The position numbers were made by a program, and so were the translations under genes. From Eledone cirrhosa (lineage: Eukaryota), in the NCBI GenBank assembly GCA_964016885.1, contig OZ024742.1, forward strand, positions 255,254,001-255,318,000: a stretch of 64,000 nt of DNA, written 5' to 3'. How positions within the stretch are numbered: the first letter of the stretch is position 1; every line of letters begins with the position of its first letter. Shown one piece after another: positions 29,885 through 43,800 of the stretch. Below the pieces are notes generated by a model. It ran no database searches and had not been told where the DNA came from. It was given only the letters and a program-made list of their open reading frames with translations.

Positions 29885-30785
29885 GGAATAGAATGAAACG
29901 AAATTTCATTTCTCACTCTTAGTACGGCACTTACTTAAATGTAAGTATGTATGTATACGTACATACACACATGTATAAAGACGCACAGTAGTATGTATAT
30001 ATATACATACATGCGCACACACATATATGCACGTATCGGTTTACCGAACATTTATTATAATGCTCGGTTTGTTTGTTTGTAAACAAACAAACAAACAAAC
30101 AGCTCGAATTACGCCGTACAATGTTTAGGCAACCAGTCACCTTTTTGTTCAACACTGACACAGGAACAATGTACTAGTTTCAAGCTTATTAGCCATCGTC
30201 AGCATCGTATACCTTCCTGCCAGATGGTTGAACGTCTAAAAGTATATACTTTCCCTATGCATATTAACGGCTGAGCAGCCTAATTTGCATATCGAGTGAG
30301 TTCAGTCGGCCGGGCACACCCACCGAAAACGATAAATGGAATAGAATGAAACCAAATTTCATTTCTCACTCTTAGTACGGCACTTACTTAAATGTAGGTA
30401 TGTATGTATACGTACATACACATATGTATACAGACGCACAGTAGTATGTATATATATACATACATGCACACATACATATATGCACGTATCGGTTTACCGC
30501 ACATTTATTATAATGCTCGGTTTGTTTGTTTGTAAACAAACAAACAGCCCGAATTACGCCGTACAGTGTTTAGGCAACCACGTCACCCCTTTGTGCAACA
30601 CTGACACAGGACCGATGTACTAGTTTCAAGCTTATTAGCCATCGTCAGCATCGTATACCTTCCTGCCAGATGGTTGAACGTCTGAAAGTATATACTTTCC
30701 CTATGCTTATTAACGGCTGAGCAGCCTAATTTGCATATCGAGTGAGTTCAGTCGGCCGGACACACCGAAAATGATAAATGGAATA
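29883..30785. repeat. Head-to-tail tandem dimer of a ~450 bp unit
   Basis: Units 29883-30335 and 30336-30777, then a third ATGGAATA start. Confidence 0.95.
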
Positions 30786-30789
30786 CGTA

Positions 30790-31660
30790 CATACGTGTAA
30801 ACCCTTCTTCGTCAGCAGAGGAAGCAGCTTCCTAAACTTCTTCCAACCTGTCCTTATTTTAGATACTATGGCCTCGGAACACCCCCACCCCCTCCCATGC
30901 TAATCTGATCTCCTAGGTACCGGAAGCTATCCACCACTTCTATAACACCCGCCTGCATTTGAAAAATGTGTCTATCAATGCGACTTCTACTGTCTAATTT
31001 CCCTGTACATTTACTGCATACGTATTTCTCCCTACCTGTTAGTTTGCCTGCTATCCCGGTACATTTCTTGTGTACCCAGGATCTGCATTGTGTGCATTTT
31101 ATGCCAGTTTCTTTTCTGCATATGGAACATGGCCATTTCCCTGACAGAATCAGAGTGTTGTCCTCTTTTCTACTCATCAACACATTTGTCTTAGCTAGGT
31201 TCACTCTCAATCCTCTTGCTTCCAACTGCTGTTCCATAGCCATAATTTATTCTCTAGCTCCTCTACTGATTCTGCTATAAGAACCAGATAGTCAGCATAG
31301 AGAAGTTCCCACGGACAGCCAGTCTTAAACTCCTCTGTTATGGCTTGGAGGACTATAATGAACAAGAGCGGGCTGAGGACCGAATCTTAATGTACTCCTA
31401 CTTGTATCTGGAATTCCTCACTAAACTCCATTCCTACCCTGACTTTACTGACAGTACCTCTGTACAAAGTTTGCACTGTCCTCACAAGCCATTCCTCAAC
31501 ACCTAGTTTCCTTAGGGACCACCAGATGACAGATTGCGGTACCCTATCAAAGGCCTTCTCTAGGTCAACAAAGGCTAATTATAGTGGCTTATTTTTCTCT
31601 AAGAACCTCTCTTGTAATTGTCTCACCAAGAAGAGGGCATCTGTTGTACTCTCCCCAGGC
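30790..31660 (-). mobile_element. RTE LINE internal fragment (RT + Cys-rich region)
   Basis: STTDALFLVRQLQE, DLEKAFDRV, LYADYL, KWPCSIC..C..C..WVHKKC, YLGDQI. Confidence 0.9.
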
Positions 31661-31662
31661 AC

Positions 31663-31734
<72 letters not shown>

Positions 31735-31739
<5 letters not shown>

Positions 31740-31926
31740 GAAGTAAATGTGGTAAGGAACCAGATGGACCATAACGCACCAAAGTACTCAATACTTAGGG
31801 TAGTAGAGTGGGTAATAGGAACGAGTAGGACCCCGACTGCTGAGCTCAAGCCGTTTAGACGGCTAATTCTGTCCAGAATTGGACGTGGAAACGGCTTGAG
31901 CTCAGCCGTCGGGGTCCTACTCGTTC

Positions 31927-31930
<4 letters not shown>
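31735..31930. mobile_element. TA-flanked asymmetric hairpin of two PLE 3' ends carrying only HHR 3' halves
   Basis: Hairpin 31818-31927; the long arm is homologous to 21076-21213. Confidence 0.9.
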
Positions 31931-32014
<84 letters not shown>

Positions 32015-32349
32015 GAAAGAGTTAAAGAAATTTATATTAATATTTTATTAAATATTGGTGTTAAATTGAACTGGCATATTGTTGACTTTGGTATATTTTC
32101 CCAATAGCATTAGTAGAGCAATTAAGATTAAATTACTTGACTAGTCGGTTGAATGTGTCCCACCACTAAAATCCTTTTTACTCAAGAGCTTTGTAATAGA
32201 GTTAAATTGAAGTGTGGTTCTTTGGGTAATGATTATAGAAGAAGAAATTAAAAAAAAGAAGGCTATGTTGTCCATAAATATTGGAAAAGAAATAATCTTC
32301 TAAGTGAATTGAAATGTTTTTACTGAGAGTAGTAATTGAGTTGTATGGG

Positions 32350-32520
32350 TGTAGCATGGTCGAAGGGGTAAGAAGACTACTTACCAATCATAAAGTTCTA
32401 AGTTCAATCCCACTGCATAGCATGTATGGCAAGTATAATTTGCAACAGCCCTGGGTTGACCCAAGCCTTCTGACTGAAATTCACTAGATGGAAACTGATT
32501 GAAAGTCCATCAGAATTCAC
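32350..32520 (+). mobile_element. Decayed tRNA-derived SINE
   Basis: B-box-like GTTCAATCCC followed by a SINE-like body ending GGAAACTGATTGAAAGTCC. Confidence 0.55.
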
Positions 32521-35198
32521 TGTAAATGTATGAAAGATAATTGATTGAAACTATCCAGGGCAGATGTCAGTTGTCTCTATTGCAATTCAATTGATATCTA
32601 TTGTATTGTCTCTGTTATCTCTATATTTCCATCTAAAATCTCTATCTCCACCTACAGTCTATATCTTCATCTACAATCTATATTACCATCTACTGTCTAT
32701 ATTACCATCTACAGTCTATATCTTCATCTACAGTCTGTAGTGACCTGCATTCCGCGGGCTCACATACATTCTCCGTGCGTTATTTGGCTCAGCCCAGCCA
32801 ATGACCTGCAGGAAAAATTCCCGCGTCGATTCGAGAAATTGCTCTCCTGCTTCTTGACCATGCTAATGTAAAGATCACTTATTCTCTTGCTGCTTGAACG
32901 TCGAAGGACCAACACAAACAAGGTAACGGTGAGATTAGCACTTTGGCCTGCCGGCCTGCCTTGGGTCTGGCACAATGCCACATTCCTTTTGAAACCATTT
33001 TATGTTTAACTTCAACCATACAATTTAACAAACATTTCTTTGTGCTACAATAAAATAAACATAGATTTCACCTCTTATTTCTGCCGTTGACATCGTTATT
33101 ATGCTTCACGTGGTGCTACTAACTATAACATATCTTAACTCTTAAAATTGGTGACTTTCGACGCAGGAGTATTTAAGAATGAAAAGCTCCTTTACAATAT
33201 ATATATACACCAACCATGCTTCCTGTTAAAAGTCTATATTACCATCTACAGTCTATATTACCATCTCCAGTCTATATATATATCCATCTACAGTCTATAT
33301 CTCCACCTATATGCTATATCTGGTTACTATTCTATCATCTCCATAGTGATATAATTGATATACAGTCTATATATATGGTGATTATTATATCGTTTCTGTA
33401 GTGATGCAATTGAAAGTTAACTCAAGCTAGATTCTATTAAACATTTAGTATCAATTAATTGAATATAAAATAAAATGTACAACTTAAACTTATGTATCAT
33501 TAGTTGGCCTCTAAAAAAGCTGTATCCTGTAGATGACTTCTTGGGCATTTTAACGATAAGGGCCTTAATTCTAAAATGTTGTTACAACTCACACCTAAGT
33601 AGGTTTAGGTGATCTTCTACTTGTTTGTATCACATTGAAGGTCTCTCAGGTGTTTTTATGATAGGGCCTTCAGTCCTATCATGTTGTTACAACTCGCACC
33701 TATGTAGATTTACCTCGTCTTCTACAAGATTGTTTCTAATAGGATGTTTCTCAGGTACTTTAATGACAGACGCTCCAATCTTATAAAAAATCGCATGAAA
33801 TGATGCACCTTGCCCATGAACAGAACAAGCTGCCGTGTCCAGCAATCAAATCCACAACCTCATGATATTGAATTCAACACTCTTACAACAAACAATAGTA
33901 AGTCATTTATTTCAGCAATCTAAAGTGTTCACTAACTCACAAGCTGATGTAAACAGAATGATAAAACTGAAATAGAAATATCATTTAATATTAAATTCAT
34001 AAAATGTTATGTCCTGATGGTGTGCCAGAAATTTCGAGGAAATATTTCGATGTTTAATCACATGGACATAGCAGGATGTAAAATAAAATATGTGTATTTA
34101 ACGAGTGTTGCTGAATAAAGTAACAGATATTTTTTTATTATGATTTTTAATCATGGAATTATATTAAATTGGGTTTTATACAACAATAGTATTATCTCTT
34201 CAAATATCATCAGCTGGCTTTTATTCTTTAGGAAATTGTTGAAAACAAAACAAAATAAACCGATCAACAATATGTTATTTTGGTATTGGTCCAGAAATTC
34301 TCACGCTAAACATTCCTAATATAACTTTTATTTTTAATGACTTTGTTAAGAACTGAGAATTTGTAACAACAGCAGCCACTAAAATCATAACATCATAGAA
34401 TGGATGCTATTATAGTGGCCATAGGATTTTTCAATCGTAGGACAAGCATGTTACAACATCTCTAGTACTAGTGTAATGATAAAATACATTTAATCCACTC
34501 TGTACAGTGGTAGTACTTGTGCCATGAAAAAATTCCCCCAGTACACTCTGTCAGGTGGTTGGTATTAGGACATGCAATCAACCATAAAAACTATGCCGAA
34601 TATGTCATATATAAGTGACATAAGGTTGCTCCATTTCATCTGTGACAACCCATCAAACTCATGCCAACATGGAAAGCAGAAATAAAAACAATGATGATGA
34701 TGATGATGATGATGTCATCATTGCTTGCTGTGTCAAAACATTGTATATTTTTTTTATCTTTGAGTGCCTGAATATAATGAGTGAGTAGAGAAGAAAAAAA
34801 GAAATTCCAACCAACTGAGATTATCCCCACAATTTGAAGACCTGGCTGTGTTTAGTTGATGAGAAGTTGGCAGGAGAGAGAACTCATGTCTCTTGAGCTG
34901 GTCCACACCTTTTGGTTTGGAACAAGTTAAAACAATGCAGTAGTAGTGGATTTTGTCTATGAACCAACCTGGCGAAATCAACAGACATATTTCAATTGAA
35001 ATACATATATATATATATATATATATTGATACTATGTGACTAAGATCCTCTTTGACAGGCCTCTGGCATAAATACGTATCCTTTAGTGAATTAAGTTGTT
35101 ATTGTATTTAATCATGTTTGTGTGTTTGTGGATAAGTTTAGATGTATTTTCATTTAGATTTTGGTAAGTGACAATCTCTCTCTCACTCTTTCTCTCTT

Positions 35199-35276
<78 letters not shown>

Positions 35277-35386
35277 CACACATATATATATATATGTGTG
35301 TATATATATATATATGTGTGTATATATGAAAAAGAAGTTGAAAATGCAATTGGAATCTTTCAGACGGTTTATTTACAATAATCTAT

Positions 35387-35426
35387 AACTTAACCGGTTT
35401 CACAAGTTACAGGATTTTCAATAGTT
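35387..35426 (-). ncRNA. Degenerate hammerhead, same family as 29305-29340
   Basis: Minus strand: AACTa-TTGAAAA-...-GAAA-CCGG-TT-aAGTT; downstream CCAATTGCATTTTC shared with 29380. Confidence 0.5.
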
Positions 35427-35905
35427 AAGAGAAATGGAGCAATGTTGTCTAAGCTGCCTTGTAATTGCATCTAACTGATGTTGGAAATTTCTTTCAGTTC
35501 TGTGCAAAAATGCGGCTTAGATTGCTATATGTTTGAAGTACAATTTAATAGGTTGAGGAAGATCACATGATTAGGAATCGAATTTTGTGCCAAAGTGTCA
35601 ACATTCTTTCAGCTCTATACAGAATGGTAGTTCAAATTGGTATCTGTTTAAAGTATAATTTAATAGGCTGAAGTTGGTCATGTGATTAGGCACTGAACTT
35701 GGTGGTACTTTCATGCCAAAACTCGGAGCGTCATGGTTTAGTGTATATGGACTGTGGCAATTCATGTCTGATTTTTGTATGTTCAGTAGTCAAGGGAAGA
35801 TGGTATTGTCTTTGTGGCAATCTCCCAAATTCAAATGTACAAGAGTTTTATTCATGTGTGTGTGTAGCTAGTTTCTTAAAAAAACCTTACTTTCGAATAC
35901 ATTAA

Positions 35906-35981
<76 letters not shown>

Positions 35982-36092
35982 ATATATATATATATGTATA
36001 TGTATATGTATATATATATATATGTATATATGTATATATATATATATAGATAGATAAATATACACGGGTGTGTATGATTGTGTATAGAAGAT

Positions 36093-36497
36093 TATATTAA
36101 TAAGAGGAATTCCAACTGTGTCTGATTTACTCGTTATATTTACAATACTTTAAAATGTATAATGGTATTATAATGAAATAGTATGCTAGAATATTAAATG
36201 TTAAGTGTTAATTGAACAAGTACTTACATGCTTTCGAAATCTTCAGGTTCCTAATGTGTGGTGACAGTCAAGTTTGCAATTTTCAACTGTTGAAATTCAA
36301 CAGTTGAAAATTGCAAACTTGACTGTCACCACACATTATGAACCTGAAGATTTCGAAAGCATGTAAGTACTTGTTCAATTAACACTTAACATTTAATATT
36401 CTAGCATACTATTTCATTATAATACCATTATAAATTTTAAAGGATTGTATATATAACGAGTAAATCAGACAAAGTTGTAATTCCTCTTATTAATATA
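36093..36497. repeat. TA-flanked palindrome (arms about 200 bp, 1 nt centre) with hammerhead-like core lacking stem II
   Basis: Centre at 36295; CTGAAGA-TTTC-GAAA at 36344-36358 and its mirror. Confidence 0.92.
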
Positions 36498-36505
36498 TAT
36501 GTATA

Positions 36506-36624
<119 letters not shown>

Positions 36625-37351
36625 GTATATATATATTTGTATATATATATATGAATAAAGTTAGTCCTTCATCAGTGATCTTCCAACCATCATTGGTATT
36701 TCATCGCTTTAAAGACCATATACCTCCGGTTGGTGCGAGCAACGGCGAAAAAAGTCGTTGGGACACGTAAATAAGGGGGACACGAGTGTAAACAAACAAA
36801 AATGGTGAAGCAACGAAAAGTGAGGAAGAAGGAGTCAAGTCCCAAATTTCTATGAATTTAAATTCGGTGAAATCATGAACGAGAGAGAATAAAGACCATC
36901 AAACCTGGTTGGAATGTGAGCAAGGAAGGAATTCCGTACAGGTCTAACGGGAGGAAGAAGGGGTCTAGTCTGTGGATTCGGTGAACGTAAGTTCTGTGAA
37001 ATCGTAGACGAGAGAGAGAAAAAGCGACCTGCCAGACCAAGGGTGCGAAAGAAAAGAATTACGCACAGGTCAAACGGGAAGAAGGAGGAGGAGAGGTAGT
37101 AACAGAGAATGAGTGAGTGAAGGGTGAGGAAGAGGCTAACAGAGAGAGTGACTGCTAGAGAGGGTAATGATACAGAGAAAGAGGAACCAGTAAGAACGAA
37201 ATAGACGAGTAACAGCGGGGAAAAAAATATGTGTAAATATGAGAATAAACGTGCTGCGGGGTTGCTAATGGGTTACATATGAATAAAGTTAGTCCTTCAT
37301 CAGTGATCTTCCAACCATTCACAGACTAGATCCCTCCTTCCTCCCGTTAGA

Positions 37352-37614
37352 CCTGTACAGCTGGATGCCCTCCCTAACACCAACCTCATTTACAGTGAGT
37401 GCTGGGTGCTTTTCTGCCATGGCACCTCCACGACCACTTTGCAGTGGAATGATATGGACCCCAGTCCCTATCATCTCATTTCTACAGCTGAGTAAACTGG
37501 AGCAATGTGAAATAAAATGTCTTGCTCAAGGAAACAACACATCACCCGGTCTGAGAATTGAACTCACAACCTTTCGATTGCAAGGCCAATGCTCTAACCT
37601 CTAAGCCATGCGCC
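37352..37614 (-). mobile_element. tRNA-derived SINE, same family as 23020-23445, tail truncated
   Basis: Reverse complement closely matches the 23020 copy. Confidence 0.88.
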
Positions 37615-38204
37615 TATATTTATATATATATATATAGTTAATACGAACCATTGGGAGAAATGTAATAAATGACTGATAAGTTTCAAAAATCCAGTACAAT
37701 GTGATAGAAATATATAAAGGGCAAAGGATGACAAATAAAACAGAACAAATAATGTTTTAACTAGTATATTTCAACATGATATTTCAGAGCTATTGCCTGC
37801 ATTTCAATTGTGAAATGGAATAGGTCAAAACAAAATCAAATGATCAATGAGTTCTTCGTTAATTGGTCTAAGTATCTGAAATATATATGCATGGAGTTGA
37901 TATAGTAGCCAATCTGCTTCATACATTTCCAATCTATTATCTATCTGTTATTTTTTTTTCTTGTTGATAATAATGGTCTCTTTGATTCTTACATTACCCA
38001 CATTACTTTCTATTGTCTCTATCTTAGCCTCAATGTCTACTGCAGCATCTGTCAAGATATGTTTTGATAGTAAGAGCTCTTGTTGCCATGTGCTCCTTGA
38101 TCTGTATATGTAGCAGCCGGATTGTACTTCTGATGTACAAGGAGCTACATTTTTTGTATGTGACCTTGTAGACCACATGTGCTCTTATGCACACTTATGT
38201 GTTG

Positions 38205-38945
38205 TTGATGTAGTCATGTAGGAGTTCAATATTGTTGATATAGACATGTAGAAGTTCAACATTATTAATGTAGTCATGTAGGAGAGTTCAATATTGTTGA
38301 TGAAATCATATAGATGTTCAATATTATCGATGTAGTCATGTGGGAGTTCACTATTATTGATGTAGTCATGTAGGAGTTCAATACTGTTGATGTAGACATG
38401 TAGGAGAGTCCAATATTGTTGATATAATCATGTAGCAGTCCAATATTTTTGATGTAGTCATGTAGCAGTCCAATATTGTTGATGTAGTCATGTAGCAGTC
38501 TAATATTGTTGATGTAGTCATGTAGGACAATTCAATATTGTTGATGTAGTCATGTAGCAGTCCAATATTGTTGATGTAGTCATGTAGCAGTCCAATATTG
38601 TTGATGTAGTCATGTAGGACAGTTCAATATTGTTGATGTAGTCATGTAGCAGTCCAATATTGTTGATGTAGTCATGTAGCAGTCCAATATTGTTGATGTA
38701 GTCATGTAGGAGTTCAATATTGTTGATGTAGTTATGTAGTTATGTAAGAGGTCAATATAGTCATGTAGGACTGTTTGATATAGTTGATGTAGTCATGTAG
38801 GACAGTTCCATATTTTTATGTAGTCATGTAGGAGATCAATATTATTGATGTAGTCATGTGGGAGATCAATATTATTGATGTAGTCATGTAGGAGTTCAAC
38901 ATTGTTGACACAGTCATGTAAGAGAGTTCAACATTGTTGACACAG
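38205..38945. repeat. Minisatellite, 30-32 bp unit (GATGTAGTCATGTAGGAGTTCAATATTGTT)
   Basis: More than 20 tandem units with two variant types. Confidence 0.95.
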
Positions 38946-39677
38946 ACTACCACTAATCATTTCTAGTAGTACTAACTATATTTAATTAGCAGCTCGTAAA
39001 TGTTTTAATGGGAAAATGAATATTGATTATTTTGTTGTGTTCTTCCTTTCTCTTCCAACTTGTACCTGTAAAATGTGTTGTTTTGAAATTGTAATAAGAT
39101 GGTTAATTATTAACGCCCTGTAATACATGAAAACATATTAGAAATACATTCTTGAAAAATACAAAATCGCACTATGACCACTTCAGGTTAACAATATAAT
39201 TCTCACAATGGACAATCCACAAATAAGGATACTATAAACATATGAATTCACAAACACATTTTTAGATATTTTCTGCTAAGTAATTCTGAAACGTTATGAG
39301 TTAAAGACAAAGAAATCAAAGCAGAATGAAACTGACTGGTAATGTTCTCGTGTGAAAAGTTCCAGCATATTATAGCCATGTTATAGTACTATATAATCTC
39401 TAAATATAAGATAACATTTCAAAAGAATACAATACACTTCATGAAGTTTTACCATTTCCCACAAGTGATAACATTCTAGGATTCTATATTCTATTGTTCA
39501 ATGTTTAATTGTCTATTTTAGATGCAGTAATACATCTGTGACTGCAACTTTCTAGAGAATAGCGCTTATATTATAATAGCATTTGAATCATTTATAGCAT
39601 TTTAAAATATAGTCGACTTATTTCAAATACATATACATATGTATATATACATACTTATATACATTCTTGTACACACA

Positions 39678-39766
<89 letters not shown>

Positions 39767-39861
39767 ATATACATATATATATATTCATGTGTGTATATAT
39801 ATATATATACATCTATATATAAAGTAAAGCATGTCCATAGAATTATTTGATAATATATATA

Positions 39862-39956
<95 letters not shown>

Positions 39957-39962
39957 CACACA

Positions 39963-40019
<57 letters not shown>

Positions 40020-40521
40020 CCATGTAAAGGCAGGTATAAAAACGATAATGGTGATGATATATATAGCAATGTCTGTGTGTTTGTGATGTCTGTTAAGTGT
40101 TTTTGAAATATTCACTACAGTGCTGAAGATGATATATGAATATGTTAGCTGAGAGAAATTATGAAATTATGCATGGTGTGGTATTAGATTCAAGCAAGAA
40201 ATGAAACAGCATCACTGCAAGTTCAAAATATTATCATGACCATTACTATTTATAAGCAATTCACTACCCACTCACCAATATTATATACGCATATAATATA
40301 TATATACATACATATATATATACATGCATACATATATACATATATACTGTAAATGTGGTTGGCATGAGGAATGGCATCTAGCCATAGAAAACCAGCCAGA
40401 AACTTTTTTATATGAGCGAGATACGGTCACCCGACCCAACTTGCCTCTAAATGGGACAGACCCGTCTAACCCATGTTAGCGTGGAAGATAGACGTTAATC
40501 AACAATGATGATGATGATACT

Positions 40522-40948
40522 TATATGTGAGACATGGGCAGCAACTGCAGAGGATATGCGACGGCTGGAGAGAAACGAGGCAAGCATGCTCTGTTGGATG
40601 TGCAATGTCAATGTGCGTGAACGACCGAGCATGGATGTGTTGAGGGAGAAACTGTGTCTGACGGGGATAAATTGTAGTGTGTGGGAGAGGAGACTGCGAT
40701 GGTATGGACATTTGATGCGTATGGAGGATGACCGATGTGTGAAGAAGTGCCAAGAAATGACAGTTGAAGGAAGACATAGTAAAGGAAGACCACGAAAAAC
40801 ATGGGCGGAGGTGGTGAGAGCAGACATCAGATCGTTGAAGCTCACGGTGGAGATGATGAAGGACCGTGACAAGTGGAGAGATGCTGTGCTGAATAGGACC
40901 CATCCGACCCTTGCAAACAGGGAAAAGCGGATGTAAAATGATGATGAT
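40522..40948 (+). mobile_element. RTE LINE 3' fragment behind another RTE/SINE tail (40345-40518)
   Basis: [29 protein letters not shown]; (GAT)n tail. Confidence 0.9.
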
Positions 40949-41014
40949 ATATGTGTGTGTGTGTATATATATACGTATATATGTATACATATAGATATAT
41001 ATACGTATATATGC

Positions 41015-41078
<64 letters not shown>

Positions 41079-41127
41079 TCATTATCATCCTCATCATTTT
41101 ACGTCCGCTTTTCCCTGCTTGCATGTG

Positions 41128-41160
<33 letters not shown>

Positions 41161-41545
41161 ATATATTGGGACTGTACAGGTATCATAGTTATGAAGGTAC
41201 GCATTCCATTTTAATTAATCTGTTTAATTATAATGTATTTCCTGTACCTCTCGCAGTTTTTATGTTTTTCACTCTAGTGGTAATATACCCACTGTAAGGA
41301 AAACACATTTTTTTTGTGTGTTGTATCCTCTCTATATTATATAAAGAGCCCGTAAAATTTCCTTGAGCTCATTAAATTACAGGGATTAACGCAAGTCCTT
41401 TACTCCAATGCTTCATTTGATATATATATATTATACATATATATATGCCTGCTAATGTGCAAATCAGGCTGATCAGTCACTGTATATTTCAGAAAATATC
41501 ATATATTTTCACTAGTTCTGACAGTTGGCAGGTAAGCAGTAAACT

Positions 41546-41583
41546 ACACTGATGAAGGGGAATCACCCAGAAACATTAGTGTC
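41546..41583 (+). ncRNA. Minimal hammerhead motif in TA-flanked element (about 41445-41720)
   Basis: ACA-CTGATGA-aGGG(gaatca)CCCa-GAAA-CAT-TA-GTGT; stem I register off by one. Confidence 0.6.
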
Positions 41584-41734
41584 TGCAGTTCTGTTTGCAT
41601 GCCAACACAAGAGCGAGAATGAGGGGCTCATTCTACTGACATGGCATATAAAAGAGGCTGTTTGCATAATTGCAAACGACTTGAATTTTATTATTAATAT
41701 TCGGAAATCTTAGATTACATTTATATATATATAA

Positions 41735-41990
41735 TGGACTTACAATCATAATGTCACTGGTATGATTCCTGGGCTGGGTTGTGTGGTGTGTTCTTGAACA
41801 ACACTTCATTTCATGTTGTTCCAGTATACTCAGCTGAAAATGAGTACCAGCAATAGCTGGAAGCTTAGCCCTGCAATCGACTGGCGTCCTGTCTAAGGGG
41901 AAGTCTTGTATTCTCAGTTGCTACATGCACAAAAACCAGGATAAGCCTTGGCCCGATGAGTCTCCAAGCTCAAGATAGACTTTAGACTTT
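41735..41990 (+). mobile_element. tRNA-derived SINE (V-domain-like body)
   Basis: Decayed head, CTCAGCTGAAAATGAGTACC, CCCTGCAATCGACTGGCGTCCTGTCTAAGGGG, short (AGACTTT) tail. Confidence 0.6.
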
Positions 41991-42399
41991 AGATATTACA
42001 GGACCAGAACTGCACATTCCTGACGATTTGGTGTGAATGAAACAGTTCTAGTCTATATAAAATTAATATACTTTTTCTCTTCTAACATATTGAGTACCTT
42101 ATTTAACTGTGGTTTCTTTCTGATACCCTTTGGAAAACCAGCCCTAATATATAAACATACATTTAGAAACATCCGGTTGCCATCAGAACTACTAGTAAAA
42201 TTAAGTCAACCAGATGTTTACACTTCTAGCTAAAGGCGAGAAAAGACTCTGAGAGACAGCAATTGTGATGACGGCTCCCTTGGTGTAGTGGTTAACACTA
42301 CAGCATTCAAAAGATATGGGGTTTGATCCTTCTCAGATTACTCTGTCCGTATTTTCCATCTCTAGGTCTACTTTACTTGATTTTCTCAACTATTATATA

Positions 42400-42590
42400 T
42401 AATTGTTTCTACTTTTGGCACAAGGCCAGCAATTATCGCAGTATATTACTGGTACTATATTTTATCGACCTGTTAAGGATGAAAGGCAAAGTTAACCTCG
42501 GCGGGATTTGAACTCTGAACATAAAGGGCCATAACTCTTTGCTGCAAGCATGGCGTCCAACCCTCTACCGATACTGCCAATCCACCGCCC
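42400..42590 (-). mobile_element. Meta-domain SINE
   Basis: Reverse complement of the 7247 family. Confidence 0.8.
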
Positions 42591-42629
42591 TATTATATAT
42601 AATTAATTACATTAAGATGACTATATTTA

Positions 42630-43800
42630 GAATTGCAAACAATATTCAAAGACTGGAAAAAAGTGAACATGCTCTGAAGGATGTGTAATAATAGTGTGCA
42701 AAATGACAAAACATGAATGGGCTGAGAGAAAAACTGAGCATAGGATGGATTGGATGAAGTGTACAAGAGATGACTGCATTGGTATGGCCATGTGTTGTTT
42801 ATGAAGGATGAAAATAATTGCATAAAGAAATACAGGGCACTCAAAGTCAAGGGCATCTGAGGAAGAGGAAGACCTTGAGCCTAGGAAAATCGGTTATCAC
42901 AGAGGAAATGACACAGGAGCTAGAAATCAGGTGATATGACATTCTAAAGCAGGCTCAAATCCCTACACAAGCGTTGATTTTACAAACATATTAAAGATGG
43001 TTGTAAAATGTAGAAAGATAGTAACAACACTTAAGCTGCCCTTTCCACTGCTCATCCTCACTATCTATTCCCCTCACCTAGTCTTCCTCCTTGCACACAT
43101 AATTTCACCCCTTCTCTTGCATAATCTCAATTCTAGTTCCTTCTACTACATTCCCATCCCTGACTCCTACCCAAATATGGATGTATCTTCACTGTACTGC
43201 TAGATGCTGCTTGCTCACCCTTTCTCTCCCTCTTTTCAAGACTAACCTATGACCCAGCACTTAGTCTCTCTTCTTCGTCTTCCCCACAACTCACACTGGC
43301 AAATCTCCTTGCCCAACCCTGCCAGCATGGAAAACTACGCACAGCCCTCAATACCATCAGATGTCACTTACTTCATTTAAGCTCACCCCTCCCTCCATTG
43401 GCCAGTAACAGACAGCCTAAACACTGCTCTCACACCCTGCTCACTGTCCTCCCAACCAAGTATACAGGCACCCTAGTTTTAAAATGTGGTAGTACTGGTT
43501 CCACAATAAAATGTGCCCAGTACTCAGCCTACACTTGAAAGTGGTTGTGCTGGTGTCACAATCAAATGCACCCATCACATACTTTAAAGTGAAAGTGTTG
43601 GTGCCACAATAAAATGCTATTTATCCACTCCATAAAGTGGTAGTGATGTTAAGTGGTACACAGCCCACACTGTAAAGTGGTAGCGCTAGTACATGATAAA
43701 ATGCATGAAGCTCACACTGAAAAGTGGTTACATTGGTACCATTATAAAAGTACCTAGTCTACTCTTGTCAGGTGATAGTGGTGATACCACAAGGAAAACA
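42630..43800 (+). mobile_element. Decayed RTE 3' end with tandem tail units
   Basis: Degenerate LHWYGHV motif followed by repeated AAAGTGGTAGT..CCACAATAAAATGC units. Confidence 0.6.

Noticed and set aside
38205-38945. CRISPR-like appearance of the 30 bp arrays (also 8540-8950 and the LTR 60-mers)
   Set aside because: Units are contiguous with no unique spacers, there are no cas genes, and the context is eukaryotic.
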